DNA of 64,000 nt from Mytilus trossulus (taxonomy: Eukaryota), in NCBI RefSeq assembly GCF_036588685.1, contig NC_086373.1, positions 10,044,001 through 10,108,000 of the forward strand. The letters are read 5' to 3'. Position 1 is the first letter of the stretch. Each line of letters opens with the position of its first letter. The translations under genes were made by a program, and so were the position numbers. Below are positions 53,491-64,000 of the stretch, piece after piece. The notes below the pieces were generated by a model. It was not told where the DNA came from. It worked only from the letters and a program-made list of their open reading frames with translations, and searched no databases.

Positions 53491-53755
53491 CTGCATGCTA
53501 ATTTGACCACTGTCCCAAGAAGTACAGTATTGATAATGACGGCCACAGCTGTAACAGCATAAAATGTAGATGAATATACCATTCCCTCTGGAACCCCATT
53601 GCCAGACTGTTGTAAGGCTATTCTGCTACAAGTTGGAGGTTCCCAACCCTCCAAACACATACTATCTGGACAACTCCCATTCTGTCTGTCACAAGCACCA
53701 TGATCACAAAAACAACGTGTTTCGCAGTTTTCTCCGTAAAACCCAGCTCCGCATT
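53491..53755 (-). CDS. Lectin/EGF receptor exon 6: EGF-like repeat and transmembrane helix
   Basis: CGAGFYGENCETRCFCDHGACD...C then FYAVTAVAVIINTVLLGTVV; 265 nt, phase 1-2. Confidence 0.9.
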
Positions 53756-54074
53756 CTGTAAGGTAAATACTTAATACTATACGTTACAATTTGTTGGGGT
53801 AGTTATTAAAAGATCTCTTTTTTAAATAATTTCCTTTTATAGACATTTCTTCACAATAGGTAATAAAAAAATGTGATACAATTTTCTTTAGAGACATGAC
53901 TGAACAACATAGAGGGCATTACTAATATATATATATACGTCGTGCAGGATTTGATTTTCATTAGATTACCAAATAAATCACAGGTTTGTACTTACGTGAC
54001 CTGCAATCGGTTCCCTGCAAACCAGCTTTACAACCTTCCTGACATGCTAAAAAAAATCACAGATTTGTACTTAC

Positions 54075-54206
54075 GTGATGTGCAATCAGTGCCCTGCCAA
54101 CCAGCTTGACAACCTTCCCGACATGCTCCAAATATATCACAGCTTTGAAAGGCACAGTTGTCTGGGCACTTCTCTCCTATACATCCTGTGATATCAGTCT
54201 CACAGT
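54075..54206 (-). CDS. Lectin/EGF receptor exon 5: EGF-like repeat
   Basis: CETDITGCIGEKCPDNCAFQSCDIFGACREGCQAGWQGTDCTS; 132 nt, phase 1-1. Confidence 0.9.
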
Positions 54207-54481
54207 CTGAAGTAGAAAACAAATAATAGAGTCCTTCAATATGTTTTGGTATTGTAACCAAACTAAGTGTAATATATGATATTTTTGTGTTGATGATATG
54301 GCAGTGCAGTGACATTTGACATACTGATCGAGGATAGGGACGTACTTAATGCTGTCTTTAATAATAAAAAAAAGATTTGGAAAGTTAGCTATTTGGCAAT
54401 GGTCAATATTTAGAGGTCAAATTTATATCTATGCCATAAAGCAAAGTCAAAATTATAGCTTTCATAAGTATAGAATATTAC

Positions 54482-54619
54482 CTTGTTCACATTTAGGTCC
54501 AAAGTAACCATCTAGGCAGCCGTATCTACAATTTCCAGTTACCGGATCACACTGACCATCCACACAATCTGTTGGGCACTTACTTGTACACTCAACTCCG
54601 TAAAAACCAACAGCACAAC
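54482..54619 (-). CDS. Lectin/EGF receptor exon 4: EGF-like repeat
   Basis: CAVGFYGVECTSKCPTDCVDGQCDPVTGNCRYGCLDGYFGPKCEQ; 138 nt, phase 1-1. Confidence 0.92.
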
Positions 54620-55510
54620 CTTAAAAGATATGTACAAGATCTTAGATAGTACCAGTCACATTCCTTAGACATATTCATTTACTGTTGACAAAGTTGTATT
54701 TAAAGATTCTAACTCCGGAGCGTTATTTACAGCTTTTTTTATTCTTTTTTTTTTGTGTGAATATCTCTTGTGTAAAGGATAGCATCAACAGTTCCTTCTA
54801 TACAAATAAATAATAGTTTTAAATATCTCGGTAGTGTTAACCAATGAACATCAGGTTTAGTGGCTTGGGATAAGCGCACAGATATGTACGGGTTACAAAA
54901 GATTGGGAGCGCTCAACCCTCTTATAAACTTGAACATTGCATGGTGTAACCCTGTCTGGACAAGGTCGAAGTATATATGATTAACGTATGAAATTTTACC
55001 TCTATACTTTTTTTTATAGGGGGAAGAGTAATAATTAAGAAAGAATCAATAATATGAAGCACGACATTATGACGAATGCTTTAATATAGAATTGTATTTC
55101 AGGTTTGGTGAATACCTCACTATACTACGTTTGATCGAGGTATGTAAACATATAATAAAGAAGATGTGGCATAACTGTCAATGAGACAGCCTCAATGTAT
55201 ATTACATGTATACATTTTTAAATTTGTCATTAGAGATTTCATTAACCATTATTGATAATCATGTAAGGTTTCCGAATGTTTAGTATTGATCATCAGGAAT
55301 TTCAAACCAAAACTGATCTTTTGTCGAAAGTATAGTAAATATCTTGTGCATAGATAGTATTTAAACTCCAAACTCCACTTTTTTTTACCAACTTTTCGAT
55401 AGAGACTTGTTATGCTTTTTTTTTTAGATAAAGTCATTCCATTTTCTTCTTCTTTACCTTTTCACTAATAACGTTTTTATTCTAAGACTATTTAATGGAA
55501 TTATACCTAC

Positions 55511-55750
55511 CATAAACCTCCACCTCACACAGTTCCAGAAGTGCATGATTGGAGACACAGAGAGAATTGGTGAAGTCATCTTCCGGTGGTCGTTGTATAA
55601 TGATGGTGACAATTCTCCCTACAGCTTTACACTCAATTTCTTGGTTTAACTCTGGATATTTGTCTCCTCCGTGGTGATAACATCTCTCACCAGATGGTAC
55701 TGTTGTACCATTGGAAACATAAACTGAAAATCCAGCAAATCGCCTCTTCT
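55511..55750 (-). CDS. Lectin/EGF receptor exon 3: F-type lectin domain C-half
   Basis: RRFAGFSVYVSN...C...C...GRIVTI...LELCEVEVYG; 240 nt, phase 1-1. Confidence 0.92.
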
Positions 55751-56126
55751 CTGTAAATATCATTAATACACAATTATTGTGGCGTTTAATGAACATCAAT
55801 TCAAAAAGAAAACAAATATCACTAAACTATATCAAACTACCAGACAACACGCAGTGTTCATCAATTATAGATGGGTGTCTAACGATGGCTCGCTATATCG
55901 CACCAGTTATACCTTAATTTTATAACAATTGTATTACCCAAGAACATATTGCTCCCAATATATATATTTCCCACGTAAATGTTATTTATTATATCTAATC
56001 CCTATGAAATATTATTCCAAGCATCTATTCCCTATGCAAATATGACGAATAATTTTATCTCTTCTCCATTCAATTGTCCCTCCATGTCTGTTCCTCATGA
56101 CTCTGAATGTTAATACAAGTACTTAC

Positions 56127-56336
56127 GAACATATGGTGTTTCAGTTTCCTTGTAAAATATGTGTAGAGTGTTTATAGTAGATACTTCTCTTAGTCTAACT
56201 TGCCACCAAGCTTCAGCAACTTGTGTAGTCGTTTGAATACACTCCCCTTGGTCAGTATCCCCGTCTACAACAATTTCAGGATTATATTCTTGTTCGGGTT
56301 CACTCATGTCTGTTGGTCTGTTAACGGCTAAATTTT
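56127..56336 (-). CDS. Lectin/EGF receptor exon 2: F-type lectin (FTP) domain N-half
   Basis: ENLAVNRPTDMS...VVDGD...CIQT...AWWQVRL; 210 nt, phase 1-1. Confidence 0.9.
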
Positions 56337-57076
56337 CTGGAAATGAATTGTAATGGATGTATAGAATCCATTTATTATTAATCTACTTTCAACGAACATG
56401 CTGTTCAAGTTCTTCGCCTGCTTGCAAGGATTTCTTACTAACACATGTTATTATTCACAATAAAAACACAATTTTAGAAGAAAGCCAACTTATAGGCAAA
56501 TATATTCCGTTTGCGAATCAACAGGTCATTTATCGTATAGAAAACATGCTTTTACCTATCATTTGAAACCCTGACCCCGACAGTCTACAGGAGCCTACCA
56601 GTAAATGGTGGTACAACAGCATTCAGACAATAATGTTGTTGAAGAGACACATACATGCACAAATCGATCATAGTTCTTGTCTGTTGGAAATATTTATTTA
56701 AAGAAACGAGTAAGTTTAATAAGTATTGCATGAGTCTATTTAAAAAAATTGTCGAAAAATAAATTGAAGCGGATTGTGTTGATTTAAATAATTGTATTGT
56801 TTTTCGTTGTTTATTCTTATGTCAAGTGTTTACATATTGATGAGGAGAAGGAACATCCATTTCTATATAATTACATTGGATGTATGTTTCATTATAATAC
56901 GTTATTCTGATTGGCTAACAGCACATCACATGTTATTCCGTAATCAATTGCATGAGACAATGACATTTATCATGCATGATGACACGAGGTCCCACAATAA
57001 AGTGCACAGGTGAATTAAATAAAACTGGATAAAAATCGTGTTTTCATGATCCTAGCTTAAAAATGTAATTATAGGT

Positions 57077-57231
57077 ATTGAATGCTTCTTTTTGTAACTT
57101 TACTAGGGTTGTAAAAGCGTTGACCGTGCGCGCGTACATTTTTAGAATGAAGCGCGGAACGCGCTTCATACAAAATGTACTTCGGTCAACGCTTTCACAC
57201 CCCAATAAATTTTCAAAAAGAAGCATTCAAT
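57077..57231. repeat. 155-bp imperfect palindrome ending an interspersed element (~56855-57231)
   Basis: attgaatgcttcttttt...aaaaagaagcattcaat arms; apex atgaagcgcg-gaa-cgcgcttcat. Confidence 0.85.
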
Positions 57232-57237
57232 TCTCAA

Positions 57238-58017
57238 AAGAAAGGGACGAAAGATACCAGAGGAAAGATCAAACTCATGTGATGAGGAGAGGGACCCTTC
57301 ATTTCTATAAGAGACGAACTAAAGACAACCAGAGGGACAGTCATATTCTATAAGGAGGAGCGAAAGATACCAGAGGGACAGTCAAACTCATGTGATGAGG
57401 AGAGGGACCATTCATTTCTATAAGAGATGGTCGAAAGATACCAGAGGGAAAGTCATTTCTATAAGAAAGGAACGAAAGATACCAGAGGGACAGTCAAACT
57501 CATGTGATGAGGAGGGGGACCATTCATTTCTTTAAGAAAGGAACAAAAGATACCAGAGGGACAGTCAAACTCATGTGATGAGGAGAGGGACCATTCATTT
57601 CTATAAGAGATGGTCGAAAGATACCAGAGGGAAAGTCATTTCTATAAGAAAGGAACGAAAGATACCAGAGGGACAGTCAAACTCATGTGATGAGGAGGGG
57701 GACCATTCATTTTTTTAAGAAAGGAACAAAAGATACCAGAGGGACAGTCAAACTCATGTGATGAGGAGAGGGACCATTCATTTCTATAAGAGATGGTCGA
57801 AAGATACCAGAGGGAAAGTCATTTCTATAAGAAAGGAACGAAAGATACCAGAGGGACAGTCAAACTCATGTGATGAGGAGGGGGACCATTCATTTCTTTA
57901 AGAAAGGAACAAAAGATACCAGAGGGACAGTCAAACTCATGTGATGAGGAGAGGGACCATTCATTTCTATAAGAGAGGGACGAAAGATACCAGAGGGACA
58001 GGACAGTCAAACTCATG
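57238..58017. repeat. Tandem array with 183-bp higher-order unit (71+41+71) built on the PLE terminal sequence
   Basis: atggtcg marker at 57427, 57610 and 57793; units contain aaagataccagagggacagtcaaactcat as at 1151-1179. Confidence 0.92.
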
Positions 58018-58253
58018 TTTATATTATATATACTTTATATTCCATGTTATACTGAAAGATTAGTAACTTGTATGATATGTAACTTTATCTTCGAAACGCA
58101 CATATATTAATGAATGAAGAACACTGAATTTCATTGAAAAACAAGATTTAGAAGTTCTACGTCTACACGTATATATAACATTTCAGGTTACGGAGTAAGA
58201 CATTGTTTCCCGCCAGTGATAAATGTGACAAATGTTACAGTAATGTGTCTTAC

Positions 58254-58314
58254 CTGACCCATGAATTTCGTTTCCAAAGAGTAAAATCGCGACCAAAAAT
58301 GTATACAAATTCAT
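58254..58314 (-). CDS. F-type lectin/EGF-repeat type I receptor (MEGF/SCARF-like), exon 1 of 8: signal peptide
   Basis: MNLYTFLVAILLFGNEIHGS-G|gtaag, phase 1. Confidence 0.78.
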
Positions 58315-59221
58315 TGTCGTATTTTGTTGTTTGAGATAATCAAATCCTGCAACAAACCTATAGCTTTAAGAGGATTATCTTAGTGTGTATGTCATCATGT
58401 GTATGTCATTCGTTAGTCAACTTCTTATATCCTGAAAGAATATCTATATTTGAACAATTACAAATTATTTTTATTGACTAATAAAAGATTAGAAACACAA
58501 CAGTTTTTGGTAGCTTTACATTTGATAGAATTTGTAAATTTGGAACCTTGTTTCAAAAATGTCAATATCGTGTATGTAGAAGGTATTTTGATCTATATAT
58601 TTTGGTAAAATTAAAAAAAAAACCAAGAAACTATTAAAGTTTATTAAGATCTAATCACAGAATTCAGAATTCATCACACATCTATATTGTAAATTAAGGA
58701 TTAAAAGGGCACTAGCTGTTAAATTCATGTTCATTGACTCAAATTCAGATATTTGATTTGTAACTTATTAAAACGTATATCCAAGTTTTATACAATAATT
58801 CTGAAATGAACAGTTGTGAAAGCATGTACTCGATAATATACATATCAAAATTCGTGTGTATTTTGGTCTAGACACTATCTAATAAACTATCGAGATTACT
58901 TCCGAATACTGCCGACGGTCACATAACCTGATGAAAACATAAATATAAAAAGCTATATTGCGACATCGTGCAATTTTATTATTGTCACCTTGTCAGCTCA
59001 TTAAGGATTGCGTATTTTGGTATTAATATTGATTCACTCACATATCGGTTTTTGGATTTATTTTAAAACCAGTTGTTGGCATGATAGTCATTATACGTAC
59101 CGTTGGTCTTCATAGTGTTTTCCCCCGGCATATATTTTTTGAGGGGTCAGAATATTTTTAATATTAAATTTATTTATTTTTTACATTTATAAATCGAATT
59201 TTAATATAATATAAATTAATA

Positions 59222-62200
59222 ATTTTAATGCATATACAAACACCCAACTTGATTTTATTGAATTTGATAATGTAAATGAACTTGTAAACTTAGATGATTC
59301 AGAATATCATCCTGATAGGGTATTGTCAAGGAATAATCTTGACCACAAACACACTAACAATAGTGGCAAATTATTATTAAATATGTGCAAAGAAGCCAAA
59401 ATCAGAATTTTAAATGGCCGAACAATTGGCGATTTAAATGGTCAACCAACTTGTATAACATACAATGGTAGTAGTGTTGTAGATTACACACTTATCTCAG
59501 AAGAATTGATTGATTCAATAGGATACTTTGTAGTTCATGATTTTACTTCCCTTTCTAACCATCGCCCAATTAGTTGTGCAATGTTTGCTAATTTTTTATC
59601 AGTGCCGTGTGATTCACACCAACTAGACTCTTTGCCGGGTAAATTTCTTTGGACTGATGAAGCAATTGCTTCATACACAGAAAATATACAAAGTCAAATG
59701 TTTAAAAATAAATTGGCAAACTTTATAGCCAAAAGCTTTAATGACAGTGACTCGATTACCGAGTCATTTAATTCAATTTTACTAGACTGTGCTAAACAAT
59801 CAGCTAAATTCATAAATAAAAAGCCCTTACAAAAAATTAAAAAATCAAACAGGAAACCATGGTTTTCACATTCCTGTACTGACTTAAGAAATACAGTTAA
59901 AAGCTATGAGAAACTAGTTAATAAAAATCCACTCAATGGACAATATAGGAAATTATATTATACATATAGATCAAAATTCAGAAGACTTTGTAAACATGAA
60001 CAAAAAATGTATAAACAAAAAATTTGTAAGGATATAAATGATAATATTGAAAAGAATCCAAAATCATTTTGGGCAATGTTAAATAAGTTGGATAAGATGC
60101 ATGACAATGCTGACTCCTTTCAGGACATACCTCATGACAATTTTGTACAATTCTTTAAAAAGTTAAACAAAAGTGATGATAACTGTAGTAGTTTCCATAA
60201 AACCATAATGGAACATTTCCAGCAATTAAAAGATAATATAGATAATGATCCATCTAATAACATTTTAGACGTAGATATCACTACAGATGAAATAATTAAG
60301 TCTATCAAAGCTCTTAAAAATGGGAAAAGTACTGCAATGGATTTGGTATCAAATGAAATGCTTAAATATGGAGGTCAGGCTATATTAAATCCTCTCACAA
60401 AGCTGTTTAATTTTATTCTAAATATTGGCCAATTCCCATCTAAATGGAATGATAGTTTCCTAGTCCTTTTACACAAATCTGGAAGCAAAATGGACCCTAG
60501 CAATTATAGGGGCATTTCTATCACTTCTAACTTGGGAAAACTTTTTAATAGAGTCATTCATTCAAGATTACTGAAATTTGTTAATAACATATCTCTCATC
60601 AGTCAATATCAAATAGGATTTAAACAAAATTGTAGAACTGCTGATCACATATTTTCTTTAAAAACCATTATTGATCACTATAAAAGTAAAAAGAAGAAAG
60701 TATTTGCTGCTTTCATAGACCTACGTAAAGCCTTTGATACCATATGGAGAGTAGGCTTATTTTATAAACTTTTAAAATCAGGTTTACCTAAAAAGCTTTT
60801 TAAAATTTTTTCTGCAATGTATGAAAATACTACCACTAGAATTAAATTTTCAAATGGTCTTAGTACTGCATTCACTTCAGAGCGAGGTGTTAAACAAGGG
60901 GATGTTTTAAGCCCCACACTTTTTAATATTTTTATTGATGATGTTGTAAAAGATTTATTCAATGGTAGCTGTGAACCAGTCAGAGTTGGTGATTTGTCTG
61001 TAAATTGTTTATTATATGCTGATGATATTGTATTACTATCAGAAAGCAAAACTGGTTTGCAAGCCAGTCTCAATACTCTTAGTACATATTGCTCAAATTG
61101 GAAGCTACAGGTTAATGTTCAAAAATCAAAGGTTTTAGTTTTTAACTCTAATGGTAAAACATATCTAAATGAGTTTTTTTATAATGATAATGTCATACAA
61201 ACTGTCTCCAAATATTGCTACTTGGGAATAATGTTAAAGTGTAATGGCAACTTTAACTTAGCTGTATCCTTACTAATGGAAAAAGCTAGGAAAGCATGTT
61301 TTAAGATTAAAAAAACAATTGGATTGGATAATCCTTGTAAACTTTTAGAAAAATTATTTGATTCATTAGTAAGCCCCATATTGCTGTATTGTAGTGAGAT
61401 TTGGGGTGTTTTTGATAATTCGGGAGACAATTCCATTTTGGAAAAATTCCATATGAAATTCATAAAAGAAATTCTAGGTGTTCATTGTAAAGCAATTAAT
61501 GCTGCTTGTAGAGCTGAACTTTGCAGGCTACCGTTATGCTCAAAAATATCATTTTCTTGTATTAAGTTTTATGATCATATTTTAAGGTCTGAAAACGCAC
61601 TTATATCCAAAGTTTTTCTGGCAACTGAAAAAAATAACCCCTGGACAAAGAAACTTTATTCTATTTTTAACAATCTAGGATTTTCAAACCTAGCTGGGGG
61701 AAACTTTTCTATTAAACAATATCTACCAAGTATTAAACAACGAGTGATTGATCAGTGCACACAGGATCAATCATCAAAAATTCATGATTCATCAAAACTA
61801 AAATTTTACCAACAATTTCATAATTCAAAGCAGCGTAGTTCTTATGTTGATGTTCTAAGTAATAGATTAGAAAGGTCATCTCTGTGTAAAATTAGATTGA
61901 GTGCACACAATCTTGCTATTGAAAAGGGGCGATATCTAGGTTTAGCCACCGACGAACGAGTTTGTAATGTATGTAAATCAGGTGAGGTAGAAGATGAAAA
62001 TCACTTTTTACTGAAATGTGAATTTTTCTCAAACTATAGATTTAACTTTAAAAATAAGATATTAAATATACTTCCTACATGTTGTAGTGAAAATCAGCTA
62101 AATATTAATAGTTGTATTAATAGTAATTCTTTAAAAGTCCTGAAAGTGACTAGTTCTTATATACATAAATGTCTGATGTATAGAAACGAGATTTTAGCTT

Positions 62201-62341
62201 CTTATTTATAACATATTTAAAAACTAGTAAATGTATGCTGTATTCATTGTTGTAATGCACTGTAATATGGGCCTTTGCCAATTATTGTAATTGTGTTTGT
62301 GCCAATAAAATATTTGTATTTGTATTTGTATAAAAAAAAAA
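59222..62341 (+). mobile_element. Young 5'-truncated LINE (RTE-X-like)
   Basis: Uninterrupted frame from ~59221 (FNA motif) to 62211; 3' end AATAAA, (TTTGTA)3 and an A tract. Confidence 0.92.
59323..62211 (+). CDS. LINE ORF2: partial APE endonuclease, RT and C-terminal CCHC
   Basis: RILNGR, SVVDY, LSNH; NYRGISI, FIDLRKAFD, GVKQGDVLSPTLF, LLYADD, YLG; CNVC...EDENHFLLKC; lacks a true start. Confidence 0.9.
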   Translation: MSRNNLDHKHTNNSGKLLLNMCKEAKIRILNGRTIGDLNGQPTCITYNGSSVVDYTLISEELIDSIGYFVVHDFTSLSNHRPISCAMFANFLSVPCDSHQLDSLPGKFLWTDEAIASYTENIQSQMFKNKLANFIAKSFNDSDSITESFNSILLDCAKQSAKFINKKPLQKIKKSNRKPWFSHSCTDLRNTVKSYEKLVNKNPLNGQYRKLYYTYRSKFRRLCKHEQKMYKQKICKDINDNIEKNPKSFWAMLNKLDKMHDNADSFQDIPHDNFVQFFKKLNKSDDNCSSFHKTIMEHFQQLKDNIDNDPSNNILDVDITTDEIIKSIKALKNGKSTAMDLVSNEMLKYGGQAILNPLTKLFNFILNIGQFPSKWNDSFLVLLHKSGSKMDPSNYRGISITSNLGKLFNRVIHSRLLKFVNNISLISQYQIGFKQNCRTADHIFSLKTIIDHYKSKKKKVFAAFIDLRKAFDTIWRVGLFYKLLKSGLPKKLFKIFSAMYENTTTRIKFSNGLSTAFTSERGVKQGDVLSPTLFNIFIDDVVKDLFNGSCEPVRVGDLSVNCLLYADDIVLLSESKTGLQASLNTLSTYCSNWKLQVNVQKSKVLVFNSNGKTYLNEFFYNDNVIQTVSKYCYLGIMLKCNGNFNLAVSLLMEKARKACFKIKKTIGLDNPCKLLEKLFDSLVSPILLYCSEIWGVFDNSGDNSILEKFHMKFIKEILGVHCKAINAACRAELCRLPLCSKISFSCIKFYDHILRSENALISKVFLATEKNNPWTKKLYSIFNNLGFSNLAGGNFSIKQYLPSIKQRVIDQCTQDQSSKIHDSSKLKFYQQFHNSKQRSSYVDVLSNRLERSSLCKIRLSAHNLAIEKGRYLGLATDERVCNVCKSGEVEDENHFLLKCEFFSNYRFNFKNKILNILPTCCSENQLNINSCINSNSLKVLKVTSSYIHKCLMYRNEILASYL

Positions 62342-63094
62342 TGATTTTTTAATATTAGAAAATAAAACCTATTTATGTCATTAATTCATAGACATTAGTC
62401 ATTTTTTAATATTAAAAAACTGATATTTGACCGTCTATATTTTAGACTTTAAAAGATATTAGAAAGTATCTTTTGATAATATTATAAATGATTTGTTGAT
62501 ATTGGAAAATAGGGAATGAACAAATGGAAGTTTTTAACGACCATGACTGGCTATACAGCCATTGCACGGTCGGCTCCGACGGCTTGCAATAACGGCTTGC
62601 AATTTATATTAACAGTCATGACTTTTTATAGGAAAGCATTCGGCAAACTTCGGTAGCACGGGTTAGCGGAATCTACCGAAGTTCGTAGTTTATTTAAAGT
62701 TGTCACAACAAACCGAAAGTAGAAATATCCTGTGGTTATCTTAAAATAGCACTTCAAGTTCAATACACCTACACGTGGAAGATGGGGACAAAAGTTAAGG
62801 TAAAACAATACCGTATGAATACGAATGCGTTTTCTATTTTCTATATTTCTAATTATTATCTTGGCTTATGAAGATTTGAAGTTAAACTGAATTGTCAGAA
62901 AAATAATAATTTTAAGGTTTATCTTTATTAAATTTAAAATGGCCACAATTTTATTACATAATAAAATGTACTCTTACTCTTAGAAGAGATAAATCTGAAG
63001 TGGCAGATTCAGAATTTTTGAAAGGAGGCGTAATTCCTTTAAAGTTTACTTCTCTACAAACTAAAACATTATGGCATTGATCACAACACTCAGC

Positions 63095-63393
63095 AAACCA
63101 GAGAGTATATAAGTACTCATACTTTCCACGGACTATACAAGAGTGGAACCACCTTCCAACAGCTACAACTGAAGCTCTGACAATAGAGGGGTTCCAGAGT
63201 GCATTAGCCAACAATAATGCACCCAAGAGACCAACACCATAGACAGCAGCCAAGTGTACATAGTTTTAAATTGTATATATTCGGAACGTTTTATTTGTAA
63301 ATAGTTACAGGAGAATTGCTGTCTCATTCTCCGTCTAGTGGACTTATAACATTCTTTTAAGAATCCAGTCCTAAGCAAGGAAGAAGAAGAAGA
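63095..63393 (+). mobile_element. 3' terminal fragment of a CR1-type LINE
   Basis: YKYSYFPRTIQEWNHLP motif, 3' UTR and (GAA)n tail. Confidence 0.75.
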
Positions 63394-63404
63394 AATGAAT
63401 AGAA

Positions 63405-64000
63405 GATAATTTTTCTCACATCTCGACACAAACAGTGATTATTGATGGTGTTCAGTCAGACAAAATAAACGTAACAGCTGGTCCCCAAGGTACAGTTTTG
63501 GGTCCGATCCTGTTCCTTGTATATATAAATGACTTTAACGAATACATCAAACACAGTACCCTCAGATTATTTCCAGACGATAGCATAATTTATAAAACAA
63601 TACGAAACAAAGAAGACACACAAAAACTGCAAGAAGACCTCACATCAGCAGCAAAATGGGAGAAGGACTGGCTCATGTCATTCCATCCAGGCAAGTGTTC
63701 AGTCCTTCAGATAACAACCAAGAAAAAGCTATTAAATTTTGACTATACTCTCCACCAACATGTACTTCAAAAAGAAACATCCACAAAATATCTGGGAATA
63801 ACTATACAAACTGATCTAAAATGGAACAAACATGTGTATAATATCACAGCTGCAGCCACACAAAAGCTGAACTTTATTAAAAGAAATCTAAAAGTTAATT
63901 CAAAAAAAGTCAAAGAAAAAGCATACATTGCACTAGTAATACCAAAGCTAGAATACAGCAGCTGCGTCTGGGACCCACATACCAAATCACAAACACACCA
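63405..64000 (+). mobile_element. CR1-type LINE RT fragment running off the window
   Basis: PQGTVLGPILFLVYINDF, LRLFPDDS, LQEDL, KYLG, KLEYSSCVWDPH. Confidence 0.9.

Noticed and set aside
59190-62360. TSD for the intact LINE
   Set aside because: Flanks are too AT-rich to call a duplication with confidence

Overview
AT-rich eukaryotic genomic DNA with spliceosomal introns. The repeat families look like those of a bivalve mollusc, probably Mytilus (inference). Four multi-exon genes were reconstructed by hand with consistent splice phases: (1) a 334-aa class A GPCR of the moody/Tre1/melatonin-receptor type (-, 2968-8756); (2) a ~1174-aa transcription factor joining a PRDM10/15-type zinc knuckle and PR/SET domain, AT-hooks and the seven-finger PLAG1/PLAGL C2H2 array (-, 23498-31753); (3) CHCHD7/COX23, a twin CX9C mitochondrial protein not assembled by the ORF track (+, exons 33898-34080, 37848-37946, 47314-47427, with a GC-AG intron); (4) a ~445-aa F-type lectin + EGF-repeat type I receptor (-, 51895-58314). 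The main result is that the PLAG gene and CHCHD7 lie head-to-head, as PLAG1-CHCHD7 do in mammals, while this PLAG also carries a PR/SET domain that vertebrate PLAG proteins lack. The rest is a dense mobile-element landscape: Naiad-type Penelope-like fragments, hammerhead ribozyme remnants, CR1 and RTE-X-like LINEs (one with an intact 962-aa ORF, one nested in a Harbinger MITE with TSDs), tRNA SINEs, Helentron-like, Kolobok, hAT, Sola, Ginger and CAC-terminal elements, and a 59-bp intronic satellite with higher-order structure.
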